In this document: positions 1-12,483 of the stretch, piece after piece
How positions within the stretch are numbered: position 1 is the stretch's first letter
How the letters are laid out: the number at the start of each line of letters is the position of its first letter
DNA from: Rebecca billardiae RCC1528
Lineage: Eukaryota > Protista > Haptophyta
DNA: 64,000 nt
Assembly: GCA_965240325.2 (NCBI GenBank)
Contig: OZ251255.1
Span: 62,001 to 126,000, forward strand
Direction: 5' to 3'
Notes under the pieces: generated by a model
Databases searched by the model: none
What the model saw: only the letters and a program-made list of their open reading frames with translations
What the model was told of the DNA's origin: nothing
Made by a program: the position numbers and the translations under genes

Positions 1-302
1 CGCGGCACGAAGTGGACGGCCTGCTCGGGCTGCGGCCTGATGGAGGCGCTGCCGCTGAGGCGCGCACGCGCGTGTTCGACACCAGCCACATCCGCATGGT
101 GCGCTGTGCCATGGGCGACTCCCACACGCTGTATGTGCGTGCGGACGGCAGCGTGTACTCGTGCGGCGTGCGCTCGGCTGCGCTCGGCCTGGGCATGGCG
201 GCCGGGGACGATGTCCAGGCCATGGCCATGCTGGAGATTTCTGCGCAGCGGGTGGTCGACCTCACGCGCGTCGAGACGGCGTGGCGCGCGCGGGCCTGCT
301 GA
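1..302 (+). CDS. RCC1-repeat protein, 3' fragment (5' end outside window)
   Basis: Translation contains the RCC1 blade signature CAMGDSHTLYVRADGSVYSCG...LGLG; stop TGA at 300-302, followed by an AT-richer intergenic stretch. Confidence 0.7.
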   Translation, partial: RHEVDGLLGLRPDGGAAAEARTRVFDTSHIRMVRCAMGDSHTLYVRADGSVYSCGVRSAALGLGMAAGDDVQAMAMLEISAQRVVDLTRVETAWRARAC

Positions 303-583
303 TGACTCGGGTGGAATCTTAGTAGGTAGTAGACGTAGTCAACGCGCGCAGTAGTCTGCTTCAAAGGTCCGCGCGCATCATACTGTAACGTCATCAGTAG
401 CTCTCTTCCATCACGAATGATGACGACGACTGTCATCAGGATCCCGACAAATTCGTCGGAATTAATCCCGATCCCACGATTTTCATAGGGCGGCGGGCGC
501 GCCGCCGCGGCGGCGGCGGCTCAAGGCGAACCGCGTCCCGGCAAGCCCGTCCCCCGTCCCCGCCCTTCCTCGTAGTCATCAGC

Positions 584-2076
584 ATGATGCTGATGACGCC
601 GCCCGCGCGGCGCCCGCGCCTCGCGCGCGCCGTCGCGCTCGCGACGGCGTGCGTCGCCACGCTCGTGCTCGTGCGCGTGCTCGGCGGCGCCCGCCTCGCC
701 GAGCTCGCGCCGGGCGCGCGACCGCTCGCGCGCGGCGCGCGGCTCGACGCCGAGCCGACGGCTGACGGCGCCGCCGCCGCGGCTCCGGCGCGCAACTACT
801 CGTGCTACCTGGCGGACCGCTCGCAGTGGGGGTTCTACGTGTACCCGGAGACGACGTGCGCGCAGATCCACGCCATGTCGATCGGCTCGATCGGCGGCGC
901 GGGCGCGCCGATCGAGAACGACGGCTTCTGCTGCTCATGGCCGAGCTGCTCGGACGCGCCGCTGCCGGAGCGCTGCTACACGTGCTCGGGGTACGGCTGC
1001 CCCGCGGGGCCGACGCCGTGGTGGACGCCGGTCGGGCCCGTCCCGCCGTCCCCGCTCGAGCGCCCCGTCGTCGCCACGTACCTCGGCGTCAACCCTGGCC
1101 CGAACGCCTCGCCCGTGCCCTCGCCCTTCCGCGCGCTGCCGCCGTCGGTCAACCTCGCGATGGTGGGGTACGCGGCGGACGCGAGCGGCACGGGCGAGTT
1201 CGCGCCGGACGCGGCGTGGGCCGGGCTGGAGATCACGCCCGAGGCCATCGCGGCGAGCCGCGCCGAGTACGTCGCGGCGCGCCCCGGCGGCGTGCGCTCC
1301 TTCCTCGTGTGCCTCGGCGGCGCGGTCGGCTGGGGCGTGCCGCAGGAGCAGTACGTGGCCAACGCCCTGCGCAGCGCGGGCGCGATCGTGGACGCGCTCG
1401 GCGCGCAGGGCGTGGAGATCCACTTCACCGAGGGGCTGATGGGCGAATCCTTCGGCGCGCGGATGGACGCGCTCGCCTCCGCGTTCAAGGACGCGGGCTA
1501 CGCCGTCGCCGTCGCCTCGGCCTCGCAGGTGACCGCGCCGCGCTTCATCACGATGGCCAACGTCTCGGCGCTCGACGCGATCGTGAACGACATCGCGGCG
1601 AGCGGGCGCGACGACAGCTACTCGATGACCTGGCTCAACCTGCAGAGCGCGCTCGTCTCCGGGCCGGGCGCCTTCGACCCCGCCACCGCGATCGAGTCGG
1701 TCTCCAAGACGGTGGTCGCCCTCTCCTCCACCGGCCGCGTGCCGCCGCCCCCCCTCGGGCTGCACGTGCTCAGCCAGCTGCTGGGCGAGCGGCTGATGGG
1801 CGTGGCGACGACCAGCGCGCAGGGCTCGTACTGGATGGACCCGCCCTTCTGCATCGAGGACGTCGGCGCGCAGATCTTCGGCTCGGAGGGCCAGGCGCCC
1901 GTGCCGCAGGACCGGATCGAGTGCGCCTGGCGACCCGCGCCCGGCGGCGGCGACGACGACGATGACGACGACGACGAGGTCGGTGATGACGACGACGGCG
2001 ATGACGATGACGACAGCGGTGACGGCACTGGCGACGACGACGACGACGACGAGGTCGGCGATGACGACGGCGGCGA

Positions 2077-2115
<39 letters not shown>

Positions 2116-2197
2116 CGACGATGGTGGCAAGGGCGGCAACAGCATCAAGGGCGGTGGCAAGGGGAAAGGCAAAGGCAGCGGCGGCAATAAGCAGTAG
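584..2197 (+). CDS. Secreted or signal-anchored GH18-like (narbonin/chitinase-2-like) TIM-barrel protein with Cys-rich N-module, poly-Asp tract and Gly/Lys tail
   Basis: N-terminal hydrophobic stretch; order of motifs TYLG, ITPEAIAA, LVCLGG, YVANALRS...IVDALGAQGVEIHFTE resembles narbonin-type GH18 (SLGG...WVSNAVSS...LDGIDIDYE); strong GC3 bias; no intron needed. Confidence 0.7.
1951..2121 (+). repeat. (GAC/GAT)n coding repeat, poly-Asp tract
   Basis: Directly visible; encodes DDDDDDDDEVGDDDDGDDDD... Confidence 0.95.
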
Positions 2198-2561
2198 GCG
2201 CCGTGGGCGCGCGGCAGGCCGCCACGCGGCCCAAGCAGGCGCGGGCGCGCAGGCGCGGTCCCGTTACTACGACGACACGGGTCGTCCGCACTGTGACTGG
2301 TCGCCCGATCGGCGCCATCACTGCAGACGGTGAGCCGACGGCTAGCGGCAGCAGCATATATATATATATATATTATACTATTGATGCTGATAGTGATATG
2401 CCGGCACGACACGACTATAATCTATATATCGCGCAGCAGTTCACGGCGCGCGTGAATGCATATATATATATATATATGATCAGACGACCACGACGATGCG
2501 ACAGCATAGCTATATAGCATCATCATCAGCAGCAGACGCGACTACTCAGCATCAGCGCCAG

Positions 2562-3196
2562 TCAGTGTGCGCGCATCACGTCTGCGTGTGCAAGCGCGTG
2601 CAGCTCCTCGCAGAAGACGAGCTGGTCGACCAACGGCCAGTACGCGAGCTTCTCGCGAGAGCCCACCAGCGCCTCGATCGCCGCGAGCTCTGCCGCCTCC
2701 GAGTCGGACGCGCCGTCGGCCACGTCCGCTGCGTACGCGCCGTACGCCCCGCCGTGCTGCTGCTGCTGCTGCGTGCGCCCCTTGAGGAATGCGTACACCG
2801 CGCTGAAGGCAGCCTCGCCCAGCCGCTCGATGCACATCGCACGCAGCGCGCCTGCGGGCGGGTTGGGGGGGGGGGGCAGGGGGGGCAGCGGGGCGGCGGG
2901 GGCGGGGCGGTGGTCACGACGACCGCGCGAGGCGATTCCGGGCGGACGGGCGTGCGCGGCCGCGCCGCGTGGCGCGCAGCCGGCGCGCGTGCAGGCGCCG
3001 CGCCGCGCCGTTCCGCGCGCCGCGCCGCGCGCCGCGCCGCGCGCACCGTCTCGATCGTGATTGCGCGCGGAGGCGGGGCGGCTGGTCGGGGCGGCCATGC
3101 CCGCGCCCGCGCCGCCGCGCGCGCGCGCCGCGCCCGCCGGCGGCGCGGGGGCCGCGCCCGCCCCGTGTCCGCCCTGCTGCCGCGCCAGCTGCTGCG

Positions 3197-3234
<38 letters not shown>

Positions 3235-4704
3235 GCCGCGCCCATCGCCTGCGCCTGCCGCTGCGCGGCCTCTGCGTTGGCGCGCGCGCGGCTGGCGGCG
3301 GCGGCGGCCGGGCTGCGGCCGAGGGCAGCTGGCTCGGCGCGGGGCGCGGCGTGCGCGGCGGCGGGCGGGGAGAGGGCGGCGCTCGCGGGGGGCGGCTGCC
3401 GCGGCTGCTCCTCCGCCGCCGCAGCGGCCGCGCCCTCCGCCCAGTCCGCCGCGCGCGGCGGCGGCGGCGGCGGCTGCGGGCGCGCCGCGCTCGCGGGCGC
3501 GGGCGCGCGCGCGCCCGCCCGCGCCGCCGCGACGGCTGCGGCTGCGGCCGCGGCTGCGGCTGCGGCTGCGGCGGCCGAGGCGACGGCGGAGGTGGCCGGC
3601 GACACGGCGGCGTCCGAGACCGCCGTGCCGCCCGCGCCCGCGTGGGCGCACGGCGCGCCGCCACGCGCCGCCCCGCCGGGCGGCGGCGCGGCTTGGCGCG
3701 CGCCGCCGCGCATTGCGGCCGCGGCCACCGCCTCGGCCGCCACCGGCTTGGCGGCGGCCGCCGCCGCCGGCTCTGCCGCCGTGCGCGCCGGCCGGCTGTG
3801 CGCGTGCACCGCGTCCAGCTCCGCCGTGTACCCCAGCCCGGACGCCAGCAGTCCGGGCGGCGACAGTCCGGCGCCGGGCGGCGCGTGCGCGGGCGGCGAG
3901 GGCGCGGCGGCGCGCGCCGAGGCGGGCGCGGCGCGCTGCCGGGGCGGCGAGGCGGGCTCGAGGCCGCGCCACCACGCGGCCGGCGCGTCGGGCGCCGACG
4001 GCTGCGCGCACTCGTCGCACGCCACCGCGGCCGCCTCTGGCGCGTGCGGCGCGGCGGCGGCCGGCAGCGGCAGCGGCAGCGCGGCGGCGCGCCCGGCGGC
4101 GGCGCCGCCGCCGGCCTCGGCGGCGGCAGTGGCGGTGCCGAGCTCTGCGGCGAGCAGCTGCGAGCGCAGCAGCTGGACGGTGAGCTCCTGCCGCCCCAGC
4201 GTGCGCTCGAGCTCGTCCAGCCCGCCCTCGCCCTCGCCCTCCTCCACCGCCTCCGCCTCCGCCTCCGACTCCGCCTCCTCCGCCTCCGCTGCCGCCTCCG
4301 CTGCGGCTGCCGCCGCCTCCGCCGCCGCCGCCACGGCGGCCGCCTCCGCCATCGCCTCCGCGGCTTCCGCCGCGTCGTCTTCGCCGCCAGGCGGCACCAC
4401 GCACGCCGCGCCAAACGCAGTGTGCGCCGCCGCGACCGCCGCGCCGCGCGCGCTGCCCGCCGCGCGCGCGCGCGGCTCTGCGGGAGCGCTCGGCGCGCGC
4501 GGCGCGCCGGCCGCGGCGCGCGCGGCGGTGCGCTGCGCCGCTCGCACGGTCGAGGCAGCCGGCCCGCGCCGGCTCGCGCGCGAGGCGCCGAGCGCCGCGC
4601 TGCCGCCTGATGCCGCCGTGCGCTGCCAGGGTGTGGGGCCAGCGGCTGCGGCCCCGCCTGCGCCGCCATCGCCGCCGCCATCGCTGCCGCCGTCGTCGTC
4701 GCCG

Positions 4705-4746
<42 letters not shown>

Positions 4747-5340
4747 GTGCCGCTGTGTCGCTCGCCGGGCGCCCAGTCCGCCGCCCAGTCCGCCGCTGCG
4801 TCCAGCGGAAGCGGCTGCTGCTGCGGCTGCGCTGCAGGCGTCTCCCACGGCTCCGTCAGCTCGTAGTCGCCGTACATCGAGCCCTCCCCCTCGCCCCCCT
4901 CCTCCTCCTCCTCCCCCGCGCTGCCATCCGCCCCCGCCTCCGCCTCCGCCTCCGCCTCCGCCTCCGCCGCCTCGCCGCCCTCCGCGCGCGCTTGGCCCCA
5001 GTGGTTAGGGTTAGGGTTAGGGTTAGGGTTAGGGTTAGGGTTAGGGTTAGGGTTAGGGTTAGGGTTAGGGTTAGGGTTAGGGCGCGCGTGGCCCCAGTGG
5101 CCCCACGCCTCCGCGCTGGGCGGCCGCTGGGACGAGGCCGAGACGGGCGCGTCCGCGTCCGCCTCGCCGCCGTCGCGCCCGCCCTCCGAGGCGAACGCGA
5201 CGTCGTCGTCGTCGTCGTCGTCGTCGCTGTCGGCGGCGGCCACAGCGGCCGAGGGCGGGAGAAGGGGCGCGCTTGCCGCGGCCGCGGCCGCCGCCGGCGC
5301 GGCGCGCGCGGCCGCCGCCGGCTGCGTGCCGCCGCGCGCT

Positions 5341-5371
<31 letters not shown>

Positions 5372-7763
5372 GCTTGACTGTCGCCTCCAGCCTGCGCGCG
5401 AACGCGTCCGCCGTGAGAGGCTCCGCGCGCGGCGGCGGCGGCGGTGGCGGCGCGGCCGGCCGCGGCCCCGGCTGCTGCGACGGCAGCGGCGGCGCGCGCG
5501 CCGCGGCGGTGCCACTGAATGTGCTGCGTGTGGCTGAGCACGGCGCCGCCGGGCCCGGCGGCGGCGCGCGCTGCAGCGAGCGCTCCATCGCCTCCGTCAG
5601 CGGCGTGTGCGCGCGCGCGCACGCGGGCGGCGCGGCGGGCGGCGGTGCGCGCGGCGACGCGGCCGCCGCCGAGCGCGCGCGGCCCGCGCCCGCGCCCGCG
5701 CCCGCGGTGGCGGGCGCGCGCGGGGGCGGCGCGTGCGCCGCGCCCGCCGCCGAGCCGGCGCGCGCCGAGCCCGCCGCCGCGGTCGAGGGCGGGCGCGCCG
5801 AGCACGCGCCTCCGCCGCGCGGCGACGCCACCGGCGTGCCGCCCGTCCGCACCGGCGTGCGCGGCGTGTGCGCACCCGCCGGCACCGCCGCCGCGCCCGC
5901 GGCCGCGCGCGCGCCGCCGTCGGCGTCGCCCTCCGGCGGCGCGTCGGCGCGCGCGCGCTGCGCGGGCGCGGGCGAGACGAGCGCGGCGAGGCGGCGCTCG
6001 AAGCGCTCGAGCTCGTCAAGCTCGTCCGCGCCCGCCGCGCGCGGCGTGCACGCCCCCCCGCGCGAGCCGCCGCCGCCGCCGCCGGCGGAGGCGCGCGCCG
6101 CCGCGTGCGCGCCGCCGCCGGGCGCGGGCGCGGCGGGCGGCGGCGCGCGCGCGGGCGCGAGCCCGCCGCCCGTGCGTGGCGGCGGGCGCACCGCGGGCGC
6201 GGCGGGCGGCGGCGCGCCCGGCGCGCGGCGCGGCGGCTGCTGCTGCTGCTGCTGCTGCGCTGCCGGCCGCGGCTGCGGCTCCGCCGGCGCCCCCCCGCCC
6301 TCCACCCTGCCCTCCGCGTTGGCGCGAGCGATCGCGGCGCCGAGGGACGGCGGCAGCGGCGCGGGCGGCGCGCCGGCCGCGCCGCCCGGCCGGCGCGGCG
6401 CGGCGGCGGGCGCGGCGGGCGCCGCCGTGTTGCGCACGCGCGCGCACGCGGGCTGCTGCTCCTGCGGCGGCCTCGCCGCCGCGTCCCCCGCGCCGCCGCC
6501 GCCGCCGCGCGCCGCCGCCGCCGCCGCCGGTGGCGGCCTTGGCCGGCCATGCCGCGCGCGCTCGTCCGCGGCCGCGGCGGCGCGCGCGCGTCGGCGCGCG
6601 GCGGCGCGCGCCTCCGCCTCGCGCTGCTTGCGCCGCAGCGCCTCCGCCGCGCGCCGCCGCTCGCGCTCCTCCGCCTCCAGCCGACGCACCAGCGCCGCGC
6701 GCGTCGGCGGCGCGGCGCCGGCCGCGGCCGCGCCGCCGCCCGCCGCGCCGCCGCCCGCCGCAGCCTGCGGCGGCTTGGGCGCGCGCGCCGCCGCGTCCGC
6801 CGGCGCGGCGCGCGCCGGCGCGGGCGCGGCGCGCGGCGAGGGCTGCGCGCGCGCCGCGCCGCCGGCCACGGCCGGGCCGCTGCCGCCGCGCGCACCGGAC
6901 GCGGCCGCGCGCGCGCGCGCGGCGGCAAAGCACGCCGCGCCGCCCGGCGGGTGCGGCGCGCCGCGCGCCGCGCCGCCAGCCTCCGCCGCGCCGCCCGGCA
7001 CGGGCGCGAACGGTTGCTTGGCGCCGCCGCCCACAGCGCCCGGCCCCGGCGGCGCGGGCGGCGGCTTCGCACCGCCGCCGCTGGCGCCGCCGCCGCCGGC
7101 CGCCGGCTGGTGCGGCGCGCGCGCGCCGCCGTGCCCCTTAGCCCTGGCGGCTGTGCCTGCGGCTGCGCCTGCGGCTGCGGCTGCGGCTGCGCCTGCGGCT
7201 GTGTCGAGCAGCGCGGCCACGTGCGGCTGCAGCAGCGGCGAGGCGAGCAGCTGCGCGCACGACGGCCGTGCGGAGGGCGACGTGTCGAGCAGCGCGCTCA
7301 CCGCGCGCCGCATCGGCGCCGAGTACTGCGAGGGTGAGGGTAGGGTTAGGGTAGGGTTAGGGTTGGGGTTAGGGCGCAGAGGGCGGGATGGGCGGGGTGG
7401 GCGCGTGTGCCGCCTGCCTCCGCGCGGAGGCCCCCGCTTCGCCCGCCAGCGCGCAGCGCACGCGCGCACCTCCGCCGGCACGGGCGGCGGCTGCCCCCGC
7501 ACGATCTTCATCGCCAGCCCGCTCATGTCCTTTGCGTCAAACGGGTGCCGCAGCGACAGCAGCTCGTACAGCACGCAGCCCAGGGCCCACATGTCCGCCT
7601 TGGCGGAGTACGGGACGCGCTTGAAGATCTCGGGCGCCATGTAGTACGGCGTGCCCACCGCCGTGCGCGCCAGGTCCGTCGGCCGCTCGAGCACGCGGCT
7701 CACGCCAAAGTCGCCCAGCCGCACGTCCTGCTGAGGGGGCGCGGTGAGAAACACGTTTTGGGA

Positions 7764-7805
<42 letters not shown>

Positions 7806-8252
7806 GAGGGCGAGGGCGATCTGCGTGAGCCAGCGCGCCGCGTGCTCCTCCCGCACGCGCCGCCCCGCCGCCCTGTGCCGCGCCACCACCGCGTGCAGGT
7901 CGCCCCCCGCGCAGTGGTCCATCACGATGCACAGCTCGTTGGTGCGACGGTCGAGGAACGAGTCGCGGTACGCGCAGATGTACTCGTGGCGGAGGCGCTG
8001 GAGCAGCCGGACCTCCTGGTACGAGGCCTGCTTCTCCTTCGAGCGCATGTTGCTCAGGCTGATCCGCTTCATCACCAGCTGGTGCGAGCCGCCGCCGCCA
8101 GCATGGCCGCCGCCGCGGCCGCCGGCATGGCCGCCGCCGCCCACCTCCCTGGCGAGGTAGACGGCGCCGAACGAGCCCTTGCCCAGCAGCCGGCCCAGCT
8201 CGTACCGCACGCGCGGCGCGGGCGGAGCCACCGCCGCCGCCGACGACGACAT
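2562..8252 (-). CDS. NEK: NIMA-related (NEK) Ser/Thr kinase; intron 7326-7469; long low-complexity linker and conserved NEK C-terminal helical domain
   Basis: GKGSFG, VMKRI, HRDLKSQNVFL, LGDFG, GTPYYMAPE, KADMWALGC motifs; ATG at 8252; removing the 144-nt GTGCGC..CGCAG intron restores kinase subdomains X-XI; C-terminus LRAMCIERLGEAAFSAVYAFLK...LVDQLVFCEE resembles NEK1/4-like kinases. Confidence 0.93.
5005..5082 (+). repeat. Interstitial telomeric tract (TTAGGG)13 inside the NEK gene
   Basis: 13 perfect TTAGGG units; reads (CCCTAA)n, i.e. PNPN, on the sense strand. Confidence 0.97.
7331..7374 (+). repeat. Degenerate telomeric tract at the 3' end of the NEK intron
   Basis: Sense strand reads CCCTAACCCCAACCCTAACCCTACCCTAACCCTACCCTCACCCTCGCAG|. 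Confidence 0.9.
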
Positions 8253-9605
8253 CGCCGCGGGCGCGGAGCGCTGCGGCGCGCGCGGAGCGCTGCCGAGCGT
8301 TAGGGGGCCTCCAGTGGCAAGCCGCAAGCCCGCGCTTGCTTGGGGCAGGCGGCGGCCAAAGCGCCGCACGATGGCGGCCGTCCAACGGGCGGCACGTGCT
8401 CTTGCTTGCTCCTTTCCTTCGCCACGAGGGCTCAACGGCCCTCCCACTTCTCGGCTGCAGTCGGGCGGGCACCGCCACGCGCGCACCCCGATGGCTCCCC
8501 CGCCCCCACTGCGTCGGACACGACGCGGTGGCCTCCGCGGTCGCATCGTCCCGGCCGCGCACGCGCGGCGGCATGCGATGCTCAGACTCGGCGCGGCAGT
8601 TCTGAGCCGTGGTGGGGCGAGGGCGCCCGTGCGGCGGCGCGGAGGCGGGTCCTCGGCGGAGCGCAAGAATACGCACCGCCGACGCCCGCGCGCGCAGAGC
8701 AGCCTCTCCTCGCACCCCCGCCATCTGCCCTGTGCCTCCGCCTCAGCAGCCCGAGCTCGCTGGCTGCGCGCGCGCCGTGAAGCCAGCGCGCTCGGCGCAA
8801 GTCGGGCCAAGTGCGGCGCAGCAGCCGCAATCACGAGATGCGCCCGGCAAAGCGCATGCGCGCGGCCTGGGGCTCGGCGCGCGGACCGGTGCGCGCGAAA
8901 ACGGATCGGTTCTCCCGCGGGGCTCCCGCTCTCAGGCGCAGGTGCATGCCCGGGCACCGTAGTGCTGCAGCCGCCTCGGCCCGTGCATTTGCTGCTGCCG
9001 CCAGGTCAGCGCCCGCCTGCCGCACACGCCGCGCTGCCAATGGCTCGGGCCGTGGCAACGTGCAGGCTGTCGCAACCGGTCGTGCGCCGTGTGCAGCCTC
9101 ACGCGCGCGCCGCGCGTGGCGGATGAGTGGGCGGGCCCGGTGGACCCACGGCCAACGCCCAGCCGGCCGCGCGGCGGCACTCTGCTGTCTGCATTGCCAG
9201 GCAGTGTCGCAGGCCGCAAATCGGAGCGCTCCCGCCGGGGCCCGCTCGTGCGGCGGCCATCGGCGCTCGCGCCGCGCCGCGCGCAGTGGGCCTGACCGGC
9301 CACGCGCCGCGTGCGCCGACGCTGCTCGCCACCCGCCACTGACCGGGCGGAAGCAACTTGACGCGATTCGGCAGGTCTGGTACCCGCGGCTGCTGATTAG
9401 AAGCTCGGTTTCAGGGTCTCAGGTTTGTTTGAGCCACTCAGCCCTCGGTCGAAGCGCCAATCAGAAGCCGCGAAAGGGCCGGCCCAGGACCGGCGGAAGG
9501 TGGAAAGTGGAAAAGTGGAAGCCCTTCGGCGAGCGGCCGCCGCACGCCGACGCTCACGCGGTGCATCCACGCCCTTCGCTCGCTCGCCCCACCCCGCCCG
9601 CACGC

Positions 9606-11775
9606 ATGACGGACGTCGCGACGCCGGAGCCCACCCCCGCCGAGGCGGCGCGGCAGGCCCTCCTCCGCGGCAAGACCATCGTCTTCTTCACCCCGGGCTC
9701 GCCGTCCAAGCGCTTCGTGTACGAGCGCGCGCACGCGCTCGGCGTGCGCGTCGTGATCGTCGATGAGCCGGGCTCGTGGGCGCGCGCGCTGGTGGAGGAG
9801 GGCGTGGCGGCGCGGCTGCTCGAGCTCGAGATGGCGGGGCTGGACGAGGACGACCTCTTCGACCGCGCGCTCGCCGCCCTCACCCACCTCCGCCACGCCG
9901 ACCCCTCCTTCCACCACCGGCTCGACGGTCTGACCACCTTCTGTGAGATGGCGGTCGGCACTGTCGCGCGGCTGGCGGAGGCGCTGGGGCTGCCGGGCGC
10001 GCCGGTCTCGGCGATCGAGATCGCGCGGAACAAGTACGCCACGCGCGCGTGCATGAGCGCCGCCGGCCTCGCCACCCCCGCCAACGCCCTCGTCACCGAC
10101 TCGGACGACCTGGCGGGCGCGCTGCACGCGGTGGGCGTGCCCGCGGTGCTCAAGCCGATCTGCGGCGCTGCCTCGCTGGGCGTGGTGAAGGTGGGCGCGG
10201 CGGAGGAGCTGCCGGGCGTGTTCGCGAGGGCGCGCGCGCAGATGGAGGACACCGTCGTCACCTCCGGCGCGCTCGTCCCGCGCTCCTCCACGTCCGGCAG
10301 CTCGGCGTCCGGCGGCGGCGCCGGCCTCGATGCCACTGCTGCGGCTGCGGCTGCGGCTGCTGCGGCCGAGGCCGCGGGCGGCGGCCTGGCGCTGCTCGTC
10401 GCGAGCTCGGCGTCCGCCGCGTCGTCGGTGGGCTCGGCGCTCGTGCTCGACGAGGGGTCGGAGGCGAGCCCGCGCGGGGAGCGCGGCGCCGCCCCGCCCT
10501 CGCTCAGCGGCGGCTCCAGCGCGGCGGGCGGCGCCTGCGCGTTCATGTGTGCGCATGCGCGTGCGCCACCGCGCGCCACACCGCGCGCGCCGCACACGGC
10601 TGCGCCGCGCACACGGCTGGGGCAGCGCTCACGTGCGTGTCTACGCCCCGGCGCGTGCTGCGCCCACCCCCCGCGCACACGCGTGCGGGGGGCTGCCCTG
10701 CCCTGCCCTGCGACGCTGCTGCGAATTCGGACTGCGTGGCCTGCTGCTGCCGCCGCTGCTGCTGCGCCTGCCGCTGCCGCTGCCGCCCCCCGCGCCCGCC
10801 GCTGCGTGCGCCGCGGCCGCAGGCTGGAGGAGTACCTCGACGGGTGCGAGGTGGACGTGGACGTGGTGCTGCGCGAGGGGGAGCCACTGTACGCCGTCGT
10901 CGTGGACAACGGTCCGACGCAGGAGCCCTACTTTGCCGAGACGTGGGGGCTGTGCCCCTCGCTGCTGCCAAGCCACACGCAGGCGGAGCTCCGGGTGTGC
11001 TGCTGCTGCCGCTGCGGCTGCGGCCGCTGCGGCTGCTGCGGCTGCTGCGGCTGCTGCTGCTGCTGCCGCTGCGGCTGCGGCCGCTGCGGCTGCTGCGGCG
11101 GTTGCTGCTACCGCGCGGCGCGCGTGATGGGCAGCCGCGCGCGTGCGCACCGCGCTGACTGCCCACCCGCGTGCCCCCTTTGCCCCCTTTGCCCCCTTTG
11201 CCCCCGCCCGGCCCCGCCGCCCCGCCGCCGCGCGCGCGCTTCAGGAGCTGGCGGTGGCGTCCCTGCGCTGCTGCGGCTTTGTGGACGGCGTCTTCCACGT
11301 GGAGCTCAAGGCGACGAGCAGGGGCCCGAGGCTGATCGAGATCAACGCGCGGATGGGCGGCGGGCAGGTGCGCGAGACCCACCGCCGCGTCCACGGCGTC
11401 GACCTCGTGGACGAGGCGCTGCACTGCTGCGTGGGCACGCACGCGCCCGCCGCGCCGCTCGGCCACTGCGGCGGCGCGGAGGGCGGCGGCGCGCAGCCGG
11501 CGGCGCGGTGCAGCCTGGCGTACTCGTACGTCTTCGCGGCCAAGTCGGGCGTGGTGGAGCACACCGACGCGCTCCACGGCCTCGCGCAGCTGCCGCACGT
11601 CGTGTACGCCAAGCCGCTCGTCGCGCGCGGCGACGCGGTGACGGGCGCGTGCGATGGCCTGCCCACGTGGGTGGCGGACGTGATGGTGACGCGCTCCACC
11701 TCCGCCGAGGCACTCGAGAGCGTGCTCGCGCTGAGCAGCGGGCTGGAGATCCCGCTGCAGCCGCACGGCTGCTGA
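9606..11775 (+). CDS. ATP-grasp amino-acid ligase (carnosine-synthase-like); introns 10547-10822 and 10995-11244
   Basis: ARNKYATR, PAVLKP.CGAASLGV, M|LEEYLDGCEVDVD, GVFHVELK...GPRLIEINARMGG motifs; GT-AG introns join the frames correctly. Confidence 0.9.
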
Positions 11776-12483
11776 GCGCGCTGCGCGCGCGCCCCACGCC
11801 GGCGGCGCCGCACTCCGGCCACACGGACGTGGTCAAACCGCGGCGGGATGGCCGGACACCGGACTTTGCACACTCACCCGGACTGCAAATATTAAGATAT
11901 ATAAGTGCTACGGAAAACGGTAAAAAACGTCCAGGACGGCTGTTAGCAATAATTTGATTGTTTGGACGAAGCGCTTTGCGCCGCGTTAAAAACGCGTGCG
12001 TGGCGATGTTCGGTGTTTTCAGGTCGTAGGATTCGAAGTCACGTCGCTACCATCCAATACATTCGCAGTAGTTGATGAGCTGCTGATGAAAGCGAAACCT
12101 GAAAAGTCATTTGCGAAGCGACGTTTTACAAGGGGAATCTTGAACATGCGTAGTCTGGTGCATGGCCTCATCAGCTGCGCGTAGTACTAGTACTAGTATG
12201 TCTTTCACCCTTGCCCAATGAGAATATATATATATACTCATTCCATGATTTAACGACGCAGATAGGACAAACTTGGTAGGACGACGACGCGGTCTCCCAA
12301 TACTGCTTATTATTGAACCGAACTTCAGTCAAGGAATTTCGATAGGTTCGATCCAAACACTTCTACTTTACGACCTTAAGTTGAAAGTAGTACTCATCGA
12401 ACCGCGCCGACACGCAAGTCGCGCCAGCCGGCGGCTCAAGAATCGCCGGCGCCTGTGACAGTGTGATGGCCTGAGCGGTTCAG

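Noticed and set aside
5005-5082. True chromosome end or assembly join at the TTAGGG array
   Set aside because: The reading frame and NEK N- and C-terminal domains continue across it.
2496-9126. Many overlapping Arg/Ala-rich ORFs around the NEK gene, and its 235-aa upstream extension to 8957
   Set aside because: Expected at this GC content; no motifs; the kinase starts at ATG 8252.
12082-12115. CTGATGA...GAAAC...GTC minimal hammerhead candidate
   Set aside because: Stems I and II cannot pair.
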